A stretch of 63,990 nucleotides of DNA from Paraspadella gotoi. Lineage: Eukaryota > Animalia > Chaetognatha. The notes beneath the pieces are model-generated. The model made no database searches. It saw only the letters and a list, made by a program, of their open reading frames with translations, and was not told the DNA's origin. Location: NCBI GenBank assembly GCA_051294375.1, contig CM119264.1, positions 1,869,298-1,933,287 of the forward strand, written 5' to 3'. Positions 13,185 through 25,369 of the stretch are shown in pieces. Positions within the stretch are counted from its first letter, which is position 1. The number at the start of each line of letters is the position of its first letter. The translations under genes and the position numbers were made by a program.

Positions 13185-16100
13185 TCAAGTAAACCAAACG
13201 TGCGCCAAACAAGAAACTATAATCAAAAAGCTGTAGCACAAATTCCAATAATGACTTTCGTCGTAAAATATATCCAAATAACCGAGAAAACTGGCAAAGA
13301 TTTTCGGCAGTTCGTCAAGAATGGATACAATTTCATCCCCGAAATTAAATCTCAAATGAGTTTCGTAAAATCTGCACATGAAGAGAATTTCGCTCAGAGG
13401 CAAAATGGCCATGTTTAAGGGGGAGCGATTTTCACCGTCGGATTTGCTAAATTCATCGAATTCAGTTTTATAAGAGTTGAATTGAAAAGGTTTACGTAAA
13501 GAAAAAATGAGAGGCTCTTTTTCTGGTTTCTGGGAAAACTTTGCAGGGACTACATTGAGATCGATGAGATAAAATAGTAAAGACAATATGAGCGGGATTA
13601 TTGGTTTGATACGGGAAAATATGTAAATTGGTTTTAGATAGATTTTTAAAAGAGAAGAGGTCATTATGAAAGCGGGAAGGAAAGAAATAAGAATGATACT
13701 CTCGAAATTTTCTTTCCAAAATAGTAATGTAAAGAGACTTTTGTGCACGCTATCCCAATCATTATGTTCGTCTAAGAAAGAGCGATTTTTGACAGCTAAG
13801 TAACAATATCTCCAAAATTCATAATTGGTTTTTTCAACAACTACCTTGTTTGAGCTTAATTGATAAACGAGTGGGGGTAAACTAAATGATCCCAGATAAA
13901 TACAGAAAAGTGACATTAATAAATAAGTATTTAACCTATTCTTAACAATTTTTTGACAAATCAATCGACAAAACTTTTCAAAAAACAGAAAAATCATAGT
14001 TATTGGCAAGATGTTAAAAATCTTAGATGGCCAATATGTATTTTGAACTAATAGGTAATGTCTATGAAATCTTTTTATTTTTCCAAACATAAATATTGAG
14101 TTGATTGCATTCAATATCGACCCTGAAGGTAAAAATATCCTATCAATTTCTTGGCCTTTATTAAGTTTTTTAAAATACAAAAATGCTGAAAAGTATAAGT
14201 TGATGCTTAGTAAAATCGAAGTCAGAAATACAAAACGTATAAAAATGGGTAAAACCTTTTTTCTGATAGAAAGGTTCAAGATAATTATTAAAAAACTAAG
14301 TATCCCCAATATTTGATCAATCAGTAACAATAAGATCATAATGAAATAATCGGGTCGCAAGTAACTGTAATTACCGAGTTTAATGGTTTGAGTTGAATCT
14401 AATTTTCTAAACTTTAAATGAGAATAATTAAATTTCCCTTTTCGCGCGCATTTTTTATCAAGAGACGAAGGCATGAAATCCAAAGTCTGAGGTTCTTCAC
14501 AACCTTTGCTTTCATTTAATTCTTTTCCTTTCACTTGAAATTTGCGGATAAAATTTTTTCCAAACATTTTATAATGAAAACAATATTGGTAATTATGTTG
14601 TTTGTCTGGGTCCCAGACTTTTGGAAAATATACTGCCTGAGCTGTCATATCATTTTTGAAAATTGCAAGCCTCCAACTTAAAGGTTCAGTAGTCAATCCT
14701 ACCGTAGACAAACTCAGACAATAGTCAGAAGTTTGTGGTACTCTTATAACAGAATGTTCACTTGTTACAATATCTTTTTCTATTAAATAAAATACGGACA
14801 ACAAAACTAAATTTCCGATAATCATTGATAGATATTGCCTCCCCTTGAAAATATATTTTTTATTCTTAGTATAGTTTTTTTTTTCATTCATAACTTGATT
14901 TTTCCAAATTTCCTTAATTTCCAAAGGCGAAAAAATTCGAAATATGATAAACGGTGTTAAAAATACAATCCAAAAACAAATGCTTATCGCCTTAACATAA
15001 ATTATATACATGGATGTGGATATTCCCCATATTCCTTGTGCCGTTCCCATAATTTCGATTAGTTTAGATAAATTTGGTTTAATCAAGTTCAAAAAAGTTA
15101 ATCTATAGCTGGCAGCGGTTCTTGCTAAACTTGTAGTCGATAAAAGAATCGAGATAAAGTGAACATATGGAATATCTTTGGCGTAACACAAGTGCTTGGT
15201 TGAAAAGTAGCTTGCTTGAATGGACGGATTGCAACGGCAAAAAACTCCACTTATTATTACAAAAATATTACAAAGATCTCTTCTACTAGTAAATTCGTAT
15301 GAAACTTTCATAGTTTTACTGTTTTGATGGTACAGTACACCAATCTCACTTTGTAAGCAAGCATTGGTGCAGTATTCACTTGATTGTGATTGAAAAAAAA
15401 TTGAGCAAACCTAAGACTCATTGCAAATCAGTATTGTTCGAAGAAAAATTGATAGAAAATGGATTTATATATTGTAAGATAAAAGATAATTATAAATATA
15501 TTTGGCATCTTAATTATGATTATGTTGTACTTTTTTTATTATATACACAATGTGTGCAAAAAAAAGGTGAATAGTTATGACAAAAGAATTTTATTTTGCT
15601 TTTTGAAGGAAACCAATACTTTTTAGGACTCAATTAACTTTGTCAGATCACCATTTGTTTCCAGCATCGCTTTTACGCAACTAGGGAGAGAGTCATAGAG
15701 GCTACGTAAATATGAATGGTTAAGCTCCCACCAAACGTTGTATTGCCAAATCTCCCTCTTCATCATTGACCAGACGTTTTTGATGATGTTGCAGTCTGGC
15801 GTGTTTCCGAGCCAACCTTTGAGCACCTTCATCCCGTTTTTCTCATACCATTTTTGGGTAGCTTTGGTTTTATATTCAGGAGCTTCATCCTCCATAAAAA
15901 TCCGCTTATTCACTGTTGAACGACTGACCACAATTCCTCTTTTGTAGAAGACCCTCAAATCTTTGTTGGCTACTTTAACCTCTCTCTCTCTCTCTCTCTC
16001 ACTCTCTCTCTCTCAATATTTCTAAACTTGTCACAATCCAAAATTTGTCAAATGCGCTGACGAAGGTCCAAATTAAGGACCGAAACATGTCCAAATAATT

Positions 16101-17416
16101 ATGAAAAACTCGTTGTTTAATGCAAATAAATTCTCTGCTACTTTGTAACCAAATAATTTTTTGGTAAAATTTTTACTTTATGAATCACAAAACTTTTTAG
16201 CTCATTGTCATCACTCTCCATAGATATGGAAGGCCACCCACTTCCAACTGCTTGTCCAAGGTTTCCAGTTGCTTCAAATTTATTGGCAACTCTGCAGACA
16301 GCGGTAAGACAGATGTACAACTGTTTGGCGATCCTCTAATTTGACTAACCCACCTTCCAAAGCTCAACAATAGCAGCTTTTTTGGGGGGTTAGCTGTTTG
16401 GAAGTTTTTATGGTTAAAAACACAAAAAAATAAAGATCGATAAAACATTTTTTTATGCAAAAAAAAAAAAAAAGATACAATTTTGATCTTTTTTATTTTA
16501 GAATTGGTTTTATAATATTTGGCATAGAAACCTTGTCATGGACTCAAGTAAAATATCTTTGTCTTGGCTTTAAACTACATTTTACTTAATAGGATGACAA
16601 ACAAGCGAGATAGTAGAGGGTTCAAAGTTTTAACTTTTTTTGCACACATTAATCACAAAAATCTTTAAAACTACCATTTAAAAACTTTCATGTATTATTT
16701 TTAAAATTAAATGTCATCAAAATATTTTTTTAAAAACGTCTTACAATTCACAACAAGTTTAATGTGCTAAAAAAATGTTCAGGGGTTGGACTAGTTTATG
16801 GTTTATTCTTTTCTGAAGCCTAAACCCGAATCCGTGGGCCCGATTAGGGATTAGTGAACTAATGTCTTTATTCGAAATATTAATTAATCTTTAAAAGATT
16901 TAGAAAAATGAAATTTATACTGTTTGCTCAAAAATTTTTTTTTTCAAATCACCTCCGCTGAGGGTCAGTCCATCTCAAAACCAAAGCGCAGATTTGAATC
17001 AAGATTTGAGGAAAAGATTCTAAAATGGAATGCATCAGATTGAGAGTAAAAATATGATTCTCTTTAAATCTCAACGTTTCTTCATCCTCGATTTTCGTCA
17101 CGTGTTCGTCTAAAAATAGATCGACCGAGACGGGGATGGAACCGAGTCCGAACAGATTCGATGCCATCGTCAGAAATCGTCTCTTCTTGTTTCCCCACAA
17201 TCGCTGGTGAGACGCACGGTTGCTGTGGATGATCTTGATGGAGTAAATCATCGCCACCAGGTTGTGAGCAACGATTATGAACAAAACGGCCCAACTGATT
17301 TTCTCAATCAAATAATGGCGGCTGGTGAAATATTCGTGAACGGTTTTGGCGTCGGTGAAAATATCGACGACGTTTAAAAAGTTGGAGACGATGAGGAGCA
17401 AAAGTTGGTAATACAT
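13185..17416 (-). CDS. XK-related (Xkr) family membrane protein, about 885 aa, 2 exons (17416-16953 and about 15378-13185)
   Basis: Exon 1 has VVDIFTD..TVHEYF and ILESFPQILIQ, the XK family ESxPQxxxQ hallmark. Exon 2 continues ISILLSTTSLARTAASY, matching the XK SxxxSLxSLAWxxxSY pattern. A phase-2 donor AG|gtgatt fits acceptor ...caatcaag|T GAA TAC; an alternative in-frame acceptor lies just upstream of the 15311 ATG. Confidence 0.8.
15546..16652 (-). mobile_element. Decayed Tc1-family DNA transposon in the Xkr intron
   Basis: 15623-15958 reads FMEDEAPEYKTKATQKWYEKNGMKVLKGWLGNTPDCNIIKNVW, cf. Tc1 FQQDNAPxH...WPxNSPDLNPIENxW. 16138-16320 reads KFEATGNL...SGWPSIS, cf. GRPR. TIR remnants aatgtgtgcaaaaaaa at about 15549 and inverted at about 16635-16650. 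Confidence 0.85.
16053..16095 (+). ncRNA. Minimal type I hammerhead ribozyme motif (Penelope/retrozyme-like)
   Basis: tgcg-CTGACGA-a-ggtcc-aaattaa-ggacc-GAAA-catg-TC. Perfect 5-bp stem II, palindromic ACATGT stem III, GUC cleavage triplet ending at 16091, AATAAA downstream. Stem I is weak. Confidence 0.7.
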
Positions 17417-19319
17417 TATTGTAATTTGTATTATAAATGGAACTTCGATCGTAAGCATCGATAAACAAGCCTGTGTTTTGGGAAAAGTAGGGAGATCCAA
17501 TGGATTATCCAATAGTATAATAAAGAGGGCCTATATCAGCAAGTTGGCTAAAAAAATTTCTACTTTTTTTTACAAATTTGAATAGACAAATTTTTATTTA
17601 TATTACTCTATACCCCATATATTAATCTTTTAATATTTATTTATAGATAGGAAAGTCTAAATAAAATATCTTTTTAAGATTTTTTTTCATTTTTAAGATC
17701 GGATTGCAAAAAGTTGTCTTTACCAAGTATCATTATTTTTTTGATATTTTGATCACTAGTGGGAAAAAAAGGGAAATCCGTTTATAATCATCATCATCAT
17801 CTTTCGATAATTTTATTTGTTTTTCTTAATTTTTACTAATAAAATGTAAAAAATTTTAAATTATAATTATATACGCATCTAGTTTAAAAAATGGTCACAT
17901 CCTTCTCCATGAATTTTGTCCCACAACATCAACTTACCTCTTGGCATTTTTACCAAGTAAAGTTAACTTACCAAGGTCCAGAAAATATTTTCCGAATAAA
18001 AACTTTGACAAAAAATGTTATTACTGTTCAAGAGCATCGACAAAATAGCGGAAGTGCATTATCTAATTACTTGAATTTAAATTTTATTCGAGTTTTAACT
18101 TTTATCAAACGTAAACGTCTTTTTAGTTAATTAGTTTTTTGTTTTTATATTTTTCTTTGACAAGTGACAAAATTTCTCCAAGCGCTGACGATGAAAATCC
18201 GACGATAAAAATTTATCACCGGATTCAAATCTGAAAAAAAACAAACTTTTATCTCACCAAGATCGACACAGCTCACCGGATCGCACATCGTCAAGATCAC
18301 TCAATTTGATCACCAGTACATCCAAGATCACCAGGTCACTCGTTTGGCATCAGCTGGTCTTTAAATAATGAAAAGAGAATTCTGTCATTTTTTTGTCTAA
18401 AATTTTTTTTAAATTTTGGGAACTTGGAGAATTTGAAGCAACTTCGCATTATTAATTTTAGAACAAATTTTAAAAAATGTCAAAATTTGCTAATTACGTT
18501 GGAGTGATGAGAAAATAGAGTAAAATATTGAAAACTAATCAATTTAATGAGTATCTCTGTCGTCGTCGTCGTCGTCGTCGTCATTGTCTAAATTTTATAC
18601 TAAAATTAAAAAGAGAAAGAGAGGATACACAATGTTTATTTTACATACATCCTTATTTCTTTATCTGGTTAATAATTAGCTATAAAATGATCGAGCTAAC
18701 AACTTTGAGTAATTCAAGTGACTAAGAGCGATTCCCTTTTTTTTTCTGTTTTCAGTTCTCGTTTCTCGATCCATCCATCGATCAGTCACGTGATCGTCAT
18801 TCCTTCTTCGATCTCTTAGCGTCGAAAACCCACTATCATTTTGTCTCACGTGACTTCAAATATGAAGCCAGTTTTCTGGATGGATTCGTCGGAAAGATCA
18901 AAGGAAAGGGTCATGGGTCACATGACTGATACAATGTTTTTCATCTTTTTATGGAAAAATCGTCGAAATGCAGTCTTTATTTTGGTTTCCTTTTGTATTT
19001 AAAAATGCATCACAAAATTAATCCTTATAATGCGGCTCCATAGTTTGTATTAACTTACTGATTTATTCAACCTCCTAGTTTATTGGTTATAAAACCATGA
19101 TGAATACTCTTAAATAATGAAAACACTCTTACAAACCAAAATCATACTTTTCTGTTTTATGAAATTAATATTTAAACAACATATAATTATTTTCTGAATA
19201 CGTATGTACATTGTACTAAAAATGATTTAATTCCTCAATTTGAAAAAAGTAAAAGTTTTAAATTTTTAAAAAATCCTGTCTTTTGCTTATAAATAGTGTC
19301 TTACGTAATTGTTGATTCA

Positions 19320-19322
<3 letters not shown>

Positions 19323-19383
<61 letters not shown>
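19323..19383. repeat. (GA)n microsatellite
   Basis: Seen directly. Confidence 0.95.
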
Positions 19384-19384
<1 letters not shown>

Positions 19385-19593
19385 AGGAGTGAGAGCTTTT
19401 TAGTGATTCATTCAGCCTCGATTTCACTAAGAAAAAAAGCTTCGTTTCTTATTTATAATAAAACGTTTGCGAAAATTCCAGTCTTTTTCACTTTTTTGAA
19501 TAATTAAATCGTTTAATTTGTTAAAAAACAAACGTAATTGAACGACCTCAGCTTTTCTTCATAATCAAAATAACTGCCAGGTTTGTCTAAATG

Positions 19594-19812
19594 AACAAGT
19601 TTGAGCAAACAATGTCAGATCTGCCGATGATAGTATAGCGGTAATCAGTTAATCAGATGACAAATCACGATAATTCTTTCAATTTATGAACTTAGCAGAT
19701 CTCAACAGATCATGACATAACAAATAATAACAGACTTCTTCATAAATCCGTAAAAAAATATATAAATCAATTGATAAATCAGTCATTCAACCGAGCCAAT
19801 ACATGTATTGGT
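19594..19812 (+). repeat. Left arm of a long inverted repeat (partner 21712-21868)
   Basis: aacaagtttgagcaaacaatgtcagatctgcc...gcggtaatcagttaatcagatgacaaatcacgataatt matches the reverse complement of 21785-21868; weaker matches extend inward. Confidence 0.85.
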
Positions 19813-20189
19813 GATCACATCAGGCACAACAATGAAGAAACAGTAATTATTGTTATGTGTTAATGATATTATCTACTTTTATCTTTTGGTATTTGAATTG
19901 AGTTAATATTAAATTGACTGATCCCTGGCCTTAATACTTGTTAAATAAAAGATGATAGATATGATAGTCAACCACTGACCGTAGTTCAGTGACAACTGAC
20001 TACCTCAAGTTACTGGCATCTTGCTCTTTCATCTTTTCATCAAATAACAAATGACACGAAGAAATAAACATTGTTGATCAAGTTGTTACAAATTTGCTTT
20101 ACTCTTTTTAGTTTTTTGTTTTTTTTTTTGTTTTTTATTTATTTTTTTTATTTTTTTTATTTTTTTTTATTTCAATTTTACAAGACAAA

Positions 20190-20443
20190 ATGAATAAGTT
20201 CGTTTGGATTCTTTTGGTGGCCATGATCGCCTTTTCTTTGGCCGAAAAAAATGTAAGAAGAAAAATCGCGTTGTCTGTTGTATTTAGTTAAATCAGTTAA
20301 CTCGGTTAACTTAGTTTATTTAACTCGATCGTTTTAAACTAGAGACGAACTGAAGAACAATTGAAAAAGGAGCATCTTCGAAGGTTTTTGAGCAAAGAAG
20401 TTAAACATGAAAAAAGAATGGACTCAGTACGTTCAAAGTTTTA
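20190..20443 (+). other. Truncated near-identical duplicate of exons 1-2 of the peptide gene, ending at an N-gap
   Basis: 20044-20443 is repeated at 20455-20856 across the gap at 20444-20454; probably an assembly overlap. Confidence 0.7.
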
Positions 20444-20602
20444 ANNNNNNNNNNAATAACAAATGACACGAAGAAATAAACATTGTTGATCAAGTTGTTA
20501 CAAATTTGCTTTACTCTTTTTATTTTTATTTTTTTTTTTTTAAGTTTTTTATTTTTTTATTTTTTTTATTTTTTTTTTTCTATTTCAATTTTACAAGACA
20601 AA

Positions 20603-20999
20603 ATGAATAAGTTCGTTTGGATTCTTTTGGTGGCCATGATCGCCTTTTCTTTGGCCGAAAAAAATGTAAGAAGAAAAATCGCGTTGTCTGTTGTATTTAG
20701 TTAAATCAGTTAACTCGGTTAACTTAGTTTATTTAACTCGATCGTTTTAAACTAGAGACGAACTGAAGAACAATTGAAAAAGGAGCATCTTCGAAGGTTT
20801 TTGAGCAAAGAAGTTAAACATGAAAAAAGAATGGACTCAGTACGTTCAAAGTTTTAAAAAATATATATATTTTGTAATATTATTACAATATTTTTTTGAA
20901 TATAGATATGAGATTTTTTTTTCATTTTAATTCTGATAGGGCGATTGTGCTTATTTCTTTGGATCTTGCAACAACAAAGAGTTTAATCAAAAAAGGTAA
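20603..20999 (+). CDS. 68-aa secreted prepropeptide (neuropeptide- or toxin-like). Exons 20603-20665, 20756-20839, 20940-20999
   Basis: MNKFVWILLVAMIAFSLAEKN|RRTEEQLKKEHLRRFLSKEVKHEKRMDS|GDCAYFFGSCNNKEFNQKR*. Two phase-0 GT-AG introns, signal peptide, charged propeptide, KR sites on both sides of a 2-Cys peptide. Confidence 0.8.
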
Positions 21000-21057
21000 T
21001 ATTTTACATGATTAACTGAGAAAAGTCTCATTCAATTTACCTAAATTAAGAAAAGGG

Positions 21058-21480
21058 TTTTTAGCCGGATCTGATTATTGCAGATTCCGGCTTTATAATT
21101 CACTTTGTCGGTCTGTCTGTCCACCCCCCTCAATCTTGTTGGTCATTCACTTAAATCATGTCAGAACATCGAATTATAATAAATTATGCAAAAAATTCGA
21201 TGTCCGAGTGTGTAATGAAGCTGGACATAAAGTTTTGATGGAATCGTGCGAGTGGAAATGAGTTTAAATGAAAAAAAACATAAGTTACATTTACTAAAAT
21301 ATTTTTACTAATTTTAACACATAAATACTCTAATTAATAATAATTGGATAGATTGAGTTGAGATTTTGTTTACTTGGTAGGAAAGTGTGTTTTTAAGCAG
21401 GATATGAAGTATGGAATCGAGGAATGGAAATGAATTTGTATGAAAAGATCCAAAGTCAAGTTTACCTGCATTTTTATTAT
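21058..21480 (+). mobile_element. HINE/DINE-1-like non-autonomous element
   Basis: T-run, then a 5' hairpin agccgga-tctg-attattg-caga-t-tccggct, then gtcggtctgtctgtcc. The body is repeated in inverse orientation at about 23300-23525 and a second head copy lies at 22010-22062. Confidence 0.55.
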
Positions 21481-21711
21481 TTATGCTATTGTTTTACTCA
21501 TAAATGTTTTAATTGAATAATTAGCGAAAAAATGATGCAATTTGAAAAAATGATACAATTTGAAAAAAAATATGCAAGTTTAAAAAATGATGCTAGTTTA
21601 AAAAATGATGCCAATTGAAAAAATGATAATTGTTTAATTTAATTTTATTTGTGCTTTGTACTTTTATTTGTACTTTGTAATTATTTCTACCATAGTAACA
21701 GTTGCAAGCGA

Positions 21712-21868
21712 TTTACATGTATTGGCACAGCCACTGGTTTTGTATGGTACGATCTGTTATGATCAGTTAGGATCACAACTTAAAAAAATTATCGTGATTT
21801 ATCATCTGATTAGCTGATTACCGCTTAATTAACGTAGGCAGATCCGACATTGTTTGCTCAAACTTGTT
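21712..21868 (-). repeat. Right arm of the long inverted repeat (partner 19594-19812)
   Basis: See left arm. Confidence 0.85.
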
Positions 21869-22164
21869 TATTTATATTTATATTCAATTTTTCATCAAAT
21901 AATAAGTTTTTTCTTTAATGATAGCAAACAATGTCTTAAATTTGCCTATTTTTACTAACTTCTAGTACTACTTCAGTACTTCTTCAGAATAATTGTTTAT
22001 TAATATTACAAGTCGGATCGACTTATCGCAGATTCCTACTTTGTCGGTCCGTCGGTCCCACGCCCAAAAAATACCAATGAAGAGACAGTAATTATTGTTA
22101 TATATTAATGACAGAACCGTTTAATATAAGCAGTCCTTGAGCTTTAAATCAGACTGTAACATCA

Positions 22165-22290
22165 TGTTACAGGCGGGTTAAGCGGCCCGTCCCTCTTAAC
22201 TGCTAGGCGGCCACCGGGCTAGAACCCCGGACCTTTGGGTTGGGAGGCGAATGACTTGCCTCCGGCACCAATGGCCGCTGATGAATGGTT
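22165..22290 (-). mobile_element. tRNA-derived SINE
   Basis: Minus strand gcggccatTGGTGCCGGAGGcaagtcattcgcctcccaacccaaaggtccggGGTTCTAGCCCgg has A-box- and B-box-like motifs; a second copy lies at 29438-29505. Confidence 0.7.
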
Positions 22291-23299
22291 GGTGGATTTT
22301 AGTCCTCCATACAATAGTTTTAGTTAGCCTTCATGTCTTTTTTAAGATTCGTTCCTTCTATTATTAATTTTTAAATTTTTTTAAATAATTTTATTATTTG
22401 GTTTTTTATTAATTTTTTTCATTCATTTGGTTTTATTTCATTTGCTTCTTTGATCGTTTTAAAGAAGGAAAGAAAAAGAGAGAAAAAGTAAAATAAGAGG
22501 GATTATTTATTTTTAGCTAAATTGAATATATATTATTGCATGGAAGGGCAAAAAAAGGAGAAAAAAGAAAGGGGGAAAGAAAAAGGGCAAAAGTGAGAAA
22601 GAAAAAGAAAGGAACAGGAGGAGGTAAATAAAGGGGAAGAAAGAATAAGAGAGAGATTAGGATAGAAAAAAAAAGAAGAAAATAACAAAGGAAAAAAGCA
22701 GGGAAAAAGTGGAGAAGAGAGAGAGGGGTAAAAATATGGTGAGAAGGGGAGAGGAGAATAAGAGAGAACAGGAAAAGAATAGTTTTAAAGATTTCATACC
22801 AAAAAATGGAAAAAATCACATTTGAAAATTAACCGAATTTAACCGTTAAAATAAATATATTAACGGTTAAGTTAAATTTATTTTTAACCGTTAATAATCG
22901 TTAACAGTTAACGGTTATCGGAACACTATGCGCGATGCAATCAGAATATTACAAATTTTAGAATAATAAATTTTTTTTGTTTTAAATTCCCTGTTTACTG
23001 CGAATTCAGACCATGTTGCGGCAGTGTACTGCGTTGCCTTCCGTCTATTTGGACTAAAGATTTTAGGTGTCTGCTTTTTCGTGCGGAAAAAAATTGAAAT
23101 CATGGAGAAAAAAATGGAGAAGACGAAATCAAAATCGATATTGGATTTGAAAAAAAAGTTTGGATTGATCATTACAAATGAAGCATACATTTTTAATTGT
23201 TTTTTACTTTAGTTGAAACAGAGAAAGAAAAGCATAGGCAATTAATGTCGGAGAGGTTTAGAGGATTAGCCCCGCAAGACCAATGGCTTGTTTCACGAT

Positions 23300-23525
23300 T
23301 TTACGATTCCATCAAAAATTTACTTTCCTACCCACACACAAAATTTCATTTCAATTTATCTATCCAATTTTTAATAAACATAATAATGTAATGTAAATAT
23401 TATATAATAAAAATACTTCATGTAAATATGACTTTTGTTTTTTCCATTTTAACTCATTTCCACTCGCACGATTCCATCGAAACTTTATATCCAGCTCAAT
23501 CATACACTTTCCTACCCACACACCC
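23300..23525 (-). repeat. Inverted copy of the body of the 21058-21480 element
   Basis: Reverse complement gagctggatataaagtttcgatggaatcgtgcgagtggaaatgagtt matches about 21218-21264. Confidence 0.75.
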
Positions 23526-23682
23526 AGCAAGCCGCAGCAAGGGGGCTTCTTTGTAAAAAAGTGCCCTCCTTGCATAGGATGTACTTTGGTCCCTTTGAAA
23601 TTCTGGTTTAGGATTCTCCGTCGAAAAACCAGACGTCGGGAAACAAAAGGGAAAGGTCAAGTTTTGTCTTCATGAAACCAGA

Positions 23683-23752
23683 CCTATGGAGATACTTGTC
23701 CTATGGAGATACTTGTCCTATGGAGATACTTGTCCTATGGAGATACTTGTCC
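23683..23752. repeat. 17-bp tandem repeat cctatggagatacttgt, 4 copies
   Basis: Perfect contiguous units with no spacers. Confidence 0.95.
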
Positions 23753-24227
23753 TTAAAGTTGAAGCTTTGTCCTAAAAATATCACATGACTTGAGGACACG
23801 CTTTCTTTCCATCTTCTTTGTCGACATAAACAAAAATGGTTTGGAGAGAAATTCAGGTTAACCTTAACCTGGTGACCTTAATCTCCCTATTGTCTTCTGA
23901 TGTCTGGTTTCATATAGACTGACTTCGACCTAGATACATGGTTTCTATTGTCAGGTTTCAAAAAGAAATTTCTCGATTACCCTTTTTCTGTCCGATTTAA
24001 AAGGAACATCATTACATACATTTTAGATATACTATTGTATACTATTACAGTTTTACTGTAATCTTTACCACCACAAATACGAAAATATAGTATCACAATG
24101 TTTTCACTTCAAAAAAATATTTTTACGGGATTTTCTATTTTTGGTTGTTTTTTTTTTTCTTCTAAAATAATCTTATGTTCCGCTCGGCCTTCGAGTTTTT
24201 GGATGATGGAAAAATAAAAGAAGCAAT

Positions 24228-24269
<42 letters not shown>

Positions 24270-25294
24270 AAAAAACGAAACTTCCTCACTCGTGTTAGTT
24301 TTTCCTCTTCCTCTTCCCGTTCACCTTCAACAGTCAATAATAGTATTTACTTCAACTTACTACTACTACTTATTACTTAATAAAACTTTCTAAAACTTGA
24401 TAAAACAATATAGATATAATTAGAACCCACGTCGGAGAAAATCATCTACTGTAGAGTATAATTTTGGTTAATTTTTCAAAGAAAAATTTTTATTTTACAT
24501 ATTTTGGTTAATTTTGCATGTTGTCATAATTTTTTTATTATTTAATTTTATTAATTAGCTTTCCTAGAAATCCGGGCAGAGTAAAAAGACATAAAAAACG
24601 AACATATATTTTAATATTAAATTCATGAATATTTCTTTTATGCCACCATAGAGGAATCGTGTCCAGAAACCGCGATCGAATAAAGACAATCAACTATCGT
24701 TCGATTCTCTTGGAAGTAGAATGGAACTCTCTCATTGGTCGAGCTATTGATGGAACCGGCCAATAACCGAATGAGTTTCCACCCGTGTCTCTGATCCGTT
24801 TAAAATGTATAAATTGCCTTTTTTCTTTGATTCACTCTGTCAGAAAATTTATACCGTTATCTCATGTCAATTTTCTAATAAACAAAAAAATCACAATTTT
24901 GGTTTCATTCCGAAATCCATTTCTACTTAAATGAAGCAAAGAAATCTTTTTTTTTAAATATCAAGCTCAAAACAAATCTCAACGAACAGTCAACCATGTC
25001 AGTCAAAATCCATCTCAACAAAAAATCTCATTCCCGTTCGCTTGAAAAAGGGTGATCAACTGGGCCCTGTCATTTTAGTTATCCCGGTCGCTCTCAAAAG
25101 CCCGATCCTCCTTTTTTTCCTCACACAGCTGCCCCTATCAATGACTCCGACCGCGTGATTCTAAATTCTTTAGATTCTCAACCGTAAATTCTCTCGGCGA
25201 AACATCAATTGCCCGATCTTTCACACGGGAGAGAGAGAGAGAGAGAGAGAGAAAGGGAGAAAGGGAGAGAGACGCTCGGTCAGAGGGTAAGGCC

Positions 25295-25337
25295 ATGATC
25301 CCCCCTCTGGCTTCAACCAGGACCTTCGTCGTCTTCA

Positions 25338-25369
<32 letters not shown>

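Noticed and set aside
18183-18236. CTGACGA followed by a long hairpin
   Set aside because: No GAAA box directly after the stem, so it is not a hammerhead core.
20044-20443. Apparent tandem duplication of the peptide gene
   Set aside because: Near-identical copy ending exactly at an N-gap; most likely an unmerged contig overlap or haplotype.
22205-22275. Possible tRNA gene
   Set aside because: A/B boxes are present but I could not fold a clean cloverleaf, and a diverged second copy exists; better explained as a SINE.
23683-23752. CRISPR-like repeat
   Set aside because: Units are contiguous with no spacers, there are no cas genes, and the context is eukaryotic.
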